64,000 nt of DNA from contig NC_087436.1 in NCBI RefSeq assembly GCF_036321535.1, positions 32,490,001 through 32,554,000 of the forward strand, given 5' to 3'. The translations under genes and the position numbers were made by a program. Positions 55,007-64,000 of this stretch are shown one piece after another (the stretch's first letter is position 1; the number at the start of each line of letters is the position of its first letter). This stretch comes from Camelus dromedarius. Lineage: Eukaryota. Below the pieces are notes generated by a model, which saw only the letters and a list, made by a program, of their open reading frames with translations, did not search any database and was not told where the DNA came from.

Positions 55007-55822
55007 CTTGAATTTAACCACAGAGAATAAAAGTCAACTAGTGATATAAAGCAGTCATCCCATAATACATTTCTGAGAGTTTTATAGGTGCTTCTTCAGT
55101 TGGCTTAAAATATTCCAGTTTCAAATGGAATAAGTGAAGACATAGTGAAAATAAATGTATTTTTAACTAGAGATCAAATATTCATGATAACTTAAGTCTA
55201 TAACAGGTGGACTTTAGCATAAAGCAAGATCACCTCTGAGTAACATTAGCCTGAGAATATGGCAAAATTAGGAAAGAACTGACCTTCTGAAGATGAAAGG
55301 CGGAGAAGCAGGAGAGGAGGTGGGAAGCATACTTTTCACTACATACAGTTCTGTATTGTCTGATTATTTTTTAGATATGTTTTATACTGTGTTTAACAAC
55401 CTTTTAAAAAATTAAAATACTTAAATTCACTTGACACTTAATTTGCTTTTACCCGGAAGTCAACTAATTGATGTTAGAATATTTTCTAAAAAGATATATG
55501 GTTACTTTCTGAAGATAAGAAAAGAGACAAACGACTGCAAAACGAAATCATCACAGTATTACTTTTCTCTCATAAACACTTGGTTCTTTGAGTTTTGTTT
55601 CTCTTTTACACATGTGTAAATGTCTTAAGATATAATGAAACCAGAAATATTTATTGTATTTGTAAATATGTAGGTACAAGTCTTGTTTTCAAATCTAAAC
55701 CTTATGGTAACTACATTCAGAGAAAAAGATAAATTTATTTTTCATGTTTGTAAGAGTTTGAGAAAATTTAATTTAGGTCTGTTCATATAGCAGTTGGACA
55801 TTTATAAAAATTTCAAGCTTCA

Positions 55823-56000
55823 GGACCTACTATATAGCACAGGGAACTATATTCAATTTCTTATAATAGCATATAATGGAAAAGAATCTGGAAATAAAAT
55901 ATATATGTATGTACATGTATAACTGAATCACTTTGCTGTACACCTGAAGCTAGCATTCTAAATCAGCTACACTTCAATAAAAAACTTCAAAGAAAGAAAA
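55823..56000 (+). mobile_element. Short artiodactyl-type L1 3' tail
   Basis: ggacctactatatagcacagggaactatattcaa...aataaa; TSD aaa(a/t)tttcaagcttca at 55807-55822 and 56001-56016. Confidence 0.85.
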
Positions 56001-56022
56001 AAATTTTCAAGCTTCAACTTAC

Positions 56023-56085
56023 CTTGTAAAATAGAGAAGACCCCAAAATTGTATACAGCCGCCTCATGTCATAGTAATCCTCAGA
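56023..56085 (-). CDS. INTU: INTU coding exon (63 bp)
   Basis: ctag|SEDYYDMRRLYTILGSSLFYK|gtaagt. Confidence 0.94.
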
Positions 56086-56223
56086 CTAGGGGAAAGAACA
56101 CAGTGGAGATGTATATATATATATATAGATCTCTCTATATATCTATATATTTTATATATCTATGTATTTTGTGTATATATATATATAAAAATATAAAAAA
56201 TGATCTAAAAAATTTAGTTAAGC

Positions 56224-56362
56224 GGGGAGGGTATAGCTTATGGAAGAATGCATGCCTAGCATGCATGAGGTCCTGGGTTCAATCCCCAATACCTCCATTA
56301 AGAGTAAATGAATGAATGAATGAGTGAATAAACCAAATTACCTCCTCCTCCCAAGAAAATAA
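56224..56362 (+). mobile_element. Vic-1-like tRNA-derived SINE
   Basis: ggggagggtatagct...gcatgcctagcatgcatgaggtcctgggttcaatcccc (A and B boxes); flanking repeat aaaaaat..tagttaagc on both sides. Confidence 0.85.
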
Positions 56363-57624
56363 CCTAAAAAATCCTAGTTAAGCTAAAACAATTAAAATGG
56401 AAATTACATTCTTTAGTAACTGAACTGTTCATAGTACTTTCTTTAGAAATCAATATACTAGGGTATTAGGGTGAAAGATAAGGTACATATATATTTACTT
56501 TTGACTGAGAACAATCTTATTTTTGGTTTCTGTAAGATACTGTTGATTAGAGACATCTAAGAGTAGAATATAAGATTTGTTACCCATGAGGGATTGAAAG
56601 AAACCTACCAAGAGAAAATGCTTCTACTATACATCATCTAAAATACACAATATTACTATATACTATTTTTGAAAGTACAAATTGTTACAACCTATTTGGG
56701 GGCAACTAAGTAAAAAAAAAATTAAATACACATACCTTTTAAGTAATTCGACTTCTAGAAATCTACAGAAATACTTAATCAAGAGAATCAAGATCTTTGT
56801 ATAAAAAGTTAAAGTATAATTAATTATTTTAATATGCAAGAATTGGAATAAAGTGAAGTCCAACAATGGAAAATGGTTAAGGAACTTAGGTATGTTCACA
56901 TCACGGTATATTATACATCTGTTTAAAAAAATAAAGTTGATATATATAAGCAAGCACAAAAGGTTTCAGAATATATTGTTCAGCAAAGAATGCTACTGTA
57001 GAACAAAATATTCACTATCATCTAAGTTTTGTTAAAAATAGCACCTCCAATGATAGACATGTACATGTATACATACATGTTGTTTTGTATTGGAGTATGT
57101 AAGTGTATAGAAAAGGGTCTGGAAGAATAGGTTCTAAACTGTAAGAGCCGATATAACTGAGGATGGAATTGGAGGAGATGGATGAGGAAGGAGGACATTT
57201 GTTTTTAATAACCATGCTTGCATTTTTACCCAATATGCATGCATTAATCTTATAATAAAAAAATACAGTGAAACCTAAGGAAAATTGAAAACTGGAAATA
57301 ATCTAAATATCCCTCAACTGGGGAATGGGTGAACACTGTGATACCATCATACAATGGAATACTAACTAGTCAACAACAAAAAGGATGGAACTGCTGATAC
57401 ACACGATTACAAGAAGAAATCTCAAATGCTAAGTGAAAGAAGTCAGGCCCATCCTTTTTCACGTTCTGACTGCTTTTATATCAAAGAAATTCCTTGTAAT
57501 GCTTTACTGTGCCCATATTTAAGAATGAGGAATTAATAAATTCATTGGAAGCTTCTTGAGGGTATGGAAGCTCTCTGATTTGCTTCATTATAGGTAAGCT
57601 TTTAAAAATTACTATAATTAAAAT

Positions 57625-58310
57625 TTTTAACTGTGGTCAAATACACATAATATAAAATTTACCATCTTAATCATGTTTAAGTGTACAGCTCAGTAGTGTT
57701 AAGTACATTCACATTGTTGTAAAACCAATCTCCAGAACTCTTTTCCTCTTGCAAAACCAAAACTCACTATCCTTTAAAAAATTACGCTCCACTTCTCCCC
57801 TACCCCCAGCCCCTGGCGTCCACTCTTCTACTTTCTGTCTTTAAGAATTTGACTACTTTAGGTATCTCCTATAGGTGGAATTGTGTACTATTTTGTCTTT
57901 TTGTGACAGGCTTGGTTCACTTGGTATAGTGTCTCCAGGTTCATCCATATTGAGGCATATGTCAGAATTTACTTCCTTTTGGAGACTGAGTCATGTCCCA
58001 TTATATGTATTAACCACGATTTTTTGTTGTTCATTCCTGTGTTGGTGGACGCTGGGGATGCTTTCTCCTTTTGGCTGTTGTGAATGATGCTGCTACGAAT
58101 GTGGGTGTGCAAATATGTCTTCAAGATTCTGCTTTTAATGCTTTTGACTATATGGAGTTGCTGGATCATGTGGTCATTCTGGTTGTGATTTTTTGGGGGC
58201 CGCCTTGTGCTTTTTCGCATTCCCCAACAGTGCACAGGAAGTTCCAACACCTGGTGTTTTCTGTCTTGTTTTTTGTCTGTTTAATGGTAGCCATCCTAAT
58301 AGGTGTGGGC
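57625..58310 (-). mobile_element. L1M-type 3' fragment
   Basis: aaatttaccatcttaatc...gtacagctcagtagtgttaagtacattcacattgttg...gccatcctaataggtgtg. Confidence 0.8.
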
Positions 58311-59989
58311 AAACTGTTTCATGTGTATAGTTTTGTACTCTGCTTTTTCCACATAAAATGACCCTGAACATTTTCCCATGTCAATAGACAGTTTTCTAAA
58401 CACTATTTTTAATGGCTGTATTATTTAACATCCATAATGTGGTATTTTAATTTGTTTCTGGTAATTTTTCAGAGTATAAATAATGTTGTACAGAACATTC
58501 TTATCAAAAAAACTTTGTGTACATCTCTGATATTTTCCTTAGTTGGTAAGTTTCTGGAGGTTGAATTCCTAGATCATACTGTATAACTTTTTAATGAATA
58601 TTGCCAGATAGCTTTTCCGAAAGGTTGCATCAGTTTATACTTTTACTAGTATGAAAGTGTCATCTACATTGAACATTGTCAGACAAAATTACTTCAATGT
58701 ATGATCATAAACACAAAGTTACCAAGAATATTCATCAACAGATAACAATGGTTTAACTCTGAGAACAGAGCTGGCTTTGATGTATGAGTTGTCAAGCAAA
58801 ATGCTAGATTTATTTTTATTTTGTATTTTTCAATAGTATTTGTATAACAATAAATATTTTAACTTCCTAATTAAAAAAAGAAGGCAGACCCCCAAAATTA
58901 TCTACCATATGATTCAACTTATATGGCATTCCAGAAAAGGTAAAACCATGTGGACAGGTCTTTGTATTGACATAGCTTTCATTTCTCTTAGGAAATTAGA
59001 TAGGAATACAAAGGTAGAATCATATGGTAGGTGTATATTTAGGTAATTAAGAAACTGCCAAACTGTTTTCCAAAGTAACTGCATCATTTTATAGTCTCTA
59101 TTTGTCAACTTGTTTTCTTTTATGGATTGTGTTTTGATGTTGTATCCAAAGAATCCCAATAGATCTTTTTCTAACCATAGTTACTTTCTGTGCTCATTAA
59201 AGTGATGAAAGCAGGAATTAGAGTTTTAATTAAACCTACTGGATGTAAGTTCCTAAAACCCAGATATTTAAATATTTTAGATCTAAACTGCCCCGAATGA
59301 TTGATATCTATCTGAACGTTCTCCATCAATGAAAAAATGTATGACCTAAGAAGAGTTCACCTTGCTTAAATTTCCAGTATTTTTACAAACAAAATACCCT
59401 TCCATTTGCTCAGGATCTTAGTTAAGACTAGGCCACCCCTTCAGTCTAACGCTCTCTCTCCACTTTCACCAGCAGTCTTCTAAAGAATGACGATCCAGCC
59501 TCACTGCTTCTACTTCCTAACTTACCATTTGCTTTTTTGGGGGAATTATTTAGAATAAAATTTATTAATAAATTATTGATTTTCCTCTCGGTAGCATAGA
59601 AAAATACACTAAGCCATGTTTTCAAAGCATGTTAACTAAGGGAGTACGATATATTCTACTCTGTGAAACACAGGTTGAGTATACTTTAAGTTAAAATTTC
59701 CTACACAGATAACAGGTAATAAGACTGGCAAGAAGGAAAAGAGCATGAGCAAAACATTCAAATACAGTTATAATGATATTTTTAAATATTTGGAAACGTG
59801 AATTTGCAGAATGTAAGCAGCATGTGTGTTTTAATTTGCTATACACAGTTACCACCTATTAAGAATACCCACTCCAGTCAGGAGAAATGCAGTAACTACA
59901 TCTTTCAATGTTTGTTTCAACTTTGGACTTAAATACCAACATAATCTTCTGTTCAAAAATCAATCATTTATTTTGTAAAGAGTTCAACT

Positions 59990-61000
59990 GAAAATTTTAG
60001 CATATACAAAAATTGAGTAGTATAATTAGCTCCTATGTACCCATACTCCCAGCTTCCACAATGACCTGAAGCTAATCTTGTTTCATCTATATCTCCTTCT
60101 CCTTCTCCCCTCTCCCTACTGAATTATTTCAGAGTCAATCCCAGATGTTTTGGCATTTCATCTGTAAATAGTTCAGAATGTATCTCTAAAACAGGACTTT
60201 AACAAAATATATAACCATAATACCATGACCTTATCTATAGGATTATTCTCACCTAATAGCCAGTTATCAATTCCTTGATTGCCTCATAGATGTTTTTAAA
60301 ATTTTGTTTGTTTGAATCTGGATCCAAGTAAGGTCCATATTGAAACTGGTTGATATGTTTATTAAGCCTCTTGTAACTGAGAGGTTCTCTCTCAACCTCT
60401 CCTCAGCCGCCTTCTAATTTATTTGTTGAAGAAACTGTCCTGTGTGTTTCCCAGTCTGGATTTTGCTGATTGCAATCTTCCTCCCTCAAATGGGATATTT
60501 TAACATGTCCCTTTCCTCCTGGCATTTCCAGTAAATTGGTAGTTAGATCTTGAGGCAGGATCAAGTATACTTCATAGGGGGTTTGTGTTCCCCTTTAGGA
60601 ACCACATACTATCTTGTCTTTCCTTTTGTGATGTTAACAGCTACTGATGATCACTGCTTAGATCCATTAACTCAGTGAGGGATTATAAAATGATATTCCA
60701 ATTCTGACATTCTTTCTTAATATATTAGGTAGACCACTTCCACAAAGAGAAACTCCCCCTCATCTCTATTTGGCAACCCTGAGGTATGGTTCAGATAGGA
60801 AAGGCAGATAAATATTTGATTCTTTCTCCTTAATCACCAGTTTCCACAGTAATGAACTGGTTCCTTAGCATCCCTCAAAGCTGACCAAAAAGTTTCTTTT
60901 TTTCTTTAGTAACATTATAAACTCGTGGTTTAAAAAAAAAAAAAAACTCATGTTTTAAAAGATTAAAAACCATACTCCCAACTTAAATTCAGGTCTACAG
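59990..61000 (-). mobile_element. Old L1 3' UTR fragment (approximate bounds)
   Basis: tatgtacccat...ttgtttcatctat...aatctggatccaa...ctggattttgctgattgca. Confidence 0.55.
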
Positions 61001-61290
61001 TGCTTTTACTTAATATAATCAGTATTACATGTATGTCCTTTCTCTCAAAGCCCAGTTTTTAAGGATACTCATGTAATTAGTCATTACATATATATATTAT
61101 GTAAAAAATATTTTTAACTGAATAGAAAATCTTAAGGCAGCAAAATGGATTTTGTCCATTTCAATAGACACCTAATGTTACATATTTCAAGATTATTACA
61201 TGCCGCCTTGGAAAATATTTAGAATAATGACTGATTTACAAAATAAGAAATTAATATTGAACCTGTCCTAAAATCTACTGCTTCTCTTAC

Positions 61291-61344
61291 CAGTTCTGCA
61301 AAATCTGCTGCCTCCAAGTCACTCAGTGCCGTATCTAATTCCAT
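61291..61344 (-). CDS. INTU: INTU coding exon (54 bp); earlier exons lie beyond the window end
   Basis: ccacatag|MELDTALSDLEAADFAEL|gtaag, phase 0 into SEDYYD. Confidence 0.93.
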
Positions 61345-61661
61345 CTATGTGGGGAAAAAAAAAGAATAATACATTTAACTCATATTACTTACTTTTTAGT
61401 AACGGCCATATAAATGTGCTTAATAATTACTTGAAGAATTAAATAAATATCTCTTTCTCCTTTGTGTTATTTAAGAGATGTCCCCAAATGGAAGATCTTG
61501 TTTTCAAGCTTTGCAATTACAAAAAATTAATTTATTTCACATATAGGCATTTTTCAGTTAAATCTCAATTATTTCAAAATGGGCTTCACTCTTTATTCAA
61601 CGCAAACTAATTTATGAGGTTAAAAAACTGCTTTCCAGTTCTAAGTTAGAAACTTTTTTAA

Positions 61662-61759
61662 CCAAGAATATGAAAACTAATATATGTATGTATATGCATG
61701 ACTGGAACATTGTGCTGTACACCAGAAACTGACACATTGTAACTGACTGTACTTCAATT

Positions 61760-61790
<31 letters not shown>

Positions 61791-61803
61791 AAATAGAAAA
61801 AAA
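61662..61803 (+). mobile_element. Short L1 3' tail with (TAAA)n
   Basis: tatgcatgactggaacattgtgctgtacaccagaaactgacacattgtaactgac followed by (taaa)n. Confidence 0.8.
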
Positions 61804-62801
61804 ATTTAACCTATTAAAAATCTTAAGCGAAAAAAAAAATCCTAATGTAACCAATCTACTTTGACTTGTTTTTATTGTTCTGTTTCCTATATATTTCTCA
61901 ACAGCTGGAGTCTTGGAAATTATCAACATTCTTCCCATCTCTCTCTTATGTTTTGTATAAAAAGACTGTTAATCTTTATTCATGGATTAAAACATGAAGG
62001 CAAGTGTTCCCCTGGAATCTGGCAGGGTTTAACTACCCTACAGAGTTATTAGAAAAATCTCTTACTTTGGATTTAGCTTTTGTTTCTATGGAAATTGTCT
62101 GAACTCTTTCATGTATTTGTCCCTCCCTGAAGCATTCAAAATTTAAAAACAGAATAAATTTAATCTTCAGTTTAATCTGTAATGCATATTTAAAAATTGA
62201 AAATTATTGACAGTTGAAGCTTGTAGCATATATGGTATTTGTGAAAAATGATCCTTTTTTTTTTTAAAGGCCAAGGCACTCTCTGCAGGACTGTTTCACA
62301 AACTGTGTCTTACTGAGATGACAAAAGCTTTGGAAACATTAGTTATGCCTTTCAATGCTTTTCACCCAGTATGACTTATTACTCATTTGTGACCTACATT
62401 TTTCTGCATCTAGCAAATACTTCATGTTCTCCTCTTTGTGGCTACAGTTTCCCTTGTGAAAAACTACAGGACAAAAAGAAAATTACCCACTTGTGATTTC
62501 TGACCTCAGAAATGTTAATGTTTAACAGGTTCTTGCCGCTAAAGTCTATAGGCTTTACAAGGTTGCTTTGATTGTTTCTTCATATTAAAAGGTAAAATTT
62601 CTTTTCTCTTAATTATTCCAGCATACCTTAGGAAAAATCATTTTTTTAAAAATTCTGACCAAAAAACAAAATAAGGAAATTCTCAAACACTTGGGAAAGA
62701 AAACTGAAGTGAGACTTCATTATCTACTAAACTCAGAACAATATGTTTTTTCCTAGTTAAAAATAACTATTTCCAACTAAAATTTATCAGGCACAAGTTA
62801 C

Positions 62802-62802
<1 letters not shown>

Positions 62803-62828
<26 letters not shown>
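62803..62828 (+). repeat. (CA)n microsatellite
   Basis: About 13 CA units. Confidence 0.9.
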
Positions 62829-62832
<4 letters not shown>

Positions 62833-64000
62833 TTAACTAGATTTCTTAAGGCATAAAATTCCTTAATCTTTTCCATTAGAAGATATATATTCAATAAACC
62901 CTATTATTTTTAACACAGTAAGAAATCTCAAAGGGAAAAAGAAAGTAAGCTCTTTGAGTTTGCTGGTAAAACAAAAACAAAAACTTCAAGGGTTATTATG
63001 TTTTTCAAACTTTACAGTCATCAGAAACTTTTAGATCACTTTATCAGATGGTATTGATCTCTTTCCAAACCATCCTTCTTGATTCTCTTACCCAGACTAC
63101 AAAATATAGAAAATGCTTATGCTGTACCCTTATTGTTTCCTGTGTTTTAATTCCACCTACCCAACTGAGCATCCAGAGGACTTTTCCAGATTCCCAAAGC
63201 AGAGCACAACTCTGAGTACCTGGCACAAGTCCTACAGGAGTGTCAGACTTAAGCAACAGCTATGATTTGAGGCAACAGATTAAAGATATATATACACCAG
63301 AATTCACACAGTGATGTCTCAGTTTGATATTCTTTTAGGTTGAAATAAATAAAAGCATACAGTCCTTTTTATCAAATATATGGTAAATTTAGAAAAAAAA
63401 AAAAAAGCCAATCAGAGAAATCTGAATACAAGAGGTAGTCTTCACATGGAATTTGAAAGACCAAAACAGGCTATATTTTAAGGTGTCCTGAAGTTCTTAG
63501 AAGGGAGACATATTTGATCTTAACATATCCAAAGTCGAAAGACATTGCCCCTAAAAACATTAAATGCCTCTACTCTCGTAGAAGAGATCGCATATTTTGA
63601 GGGAAGAGGGTTCTTTGGTGAAGAGATTCGAAGACAGGAGAAAGAACTTGGGCAACTGCAAGACCAGACTGGGAGGCTCATGACATGGCACCTCTGACCC
63701 ACAAAATCTGCCTTGTGTCTTTCAGCAGAAAAAAGGCCCTGGAATGGGCATAAGACAGAATTTTTGGAACCAGGGTCTTTCCTTCTTAAAAGTAAGGTTA
63801 TCTAATTACTTTCTATTTTGAACCCATATAATTTCTTATGAAAATGCTGATGGCAGTAGAATTACATATTTCACACTTTTTAGTTTTTCTATGACCTAAG
63901 AAAATGATCATTATTGGCCTGAGGTACAAAAGATGCAGCAGTGGGGCAAGTGACAAAGGCAAGGACAAAATAAGAAGACCTGAAGGTGAAGTTTCCTTTA

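Noticed and set aside
56224..56297. tRNA-like sequence with A and B boxes
   Set aside because: It is a SINE head with a tail and target-site duplication, not a tRNA gene.

Overview
Mammalian genomic DNA, most likely a camelid: it carries Vic-1-like tRNA-derived SINEs and artiodactyl-type L1 3' ends, and I saw no Alu, B1, Bov-A or PRE-1. Three spliced genes lie in tandem on the minus strand. They are the last 8 coding exons of INTU (61344 to 44549), the complete 6-exon SLC25A31/ANT4 (38879 to 16394, 323 aa) and the first two coding exons of HSPA4L/APG-1 (10209-10103 and 209-152). All exon phases join in frame. The main finding is an apparent extra coding exon (11927-11503) about 1.3 kb upstream of the HSPA4L ATG. 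It encodes an N-terminal hydrophobic signal-anchor, an RVxF-type motif (RKKVSF) and seven ~11-aa acidic repeats. It ends in a GTAAGT donor that joins in frame to a strong acceptor inside the HSPA4L 5' leader (10297), which predicts a membrane-anchored HSP110 isoform with a 171-aa N-terminal extension. This model is inferred from sequence only, and I cannot check whether it is already annotated. The rest of the window is AT-rich intron and intergenic DNA with L1, L2, MIR, LTR and DNA-transposon relics. Repeat family names come from recalled consensus motifs and their boundaries are approximate.
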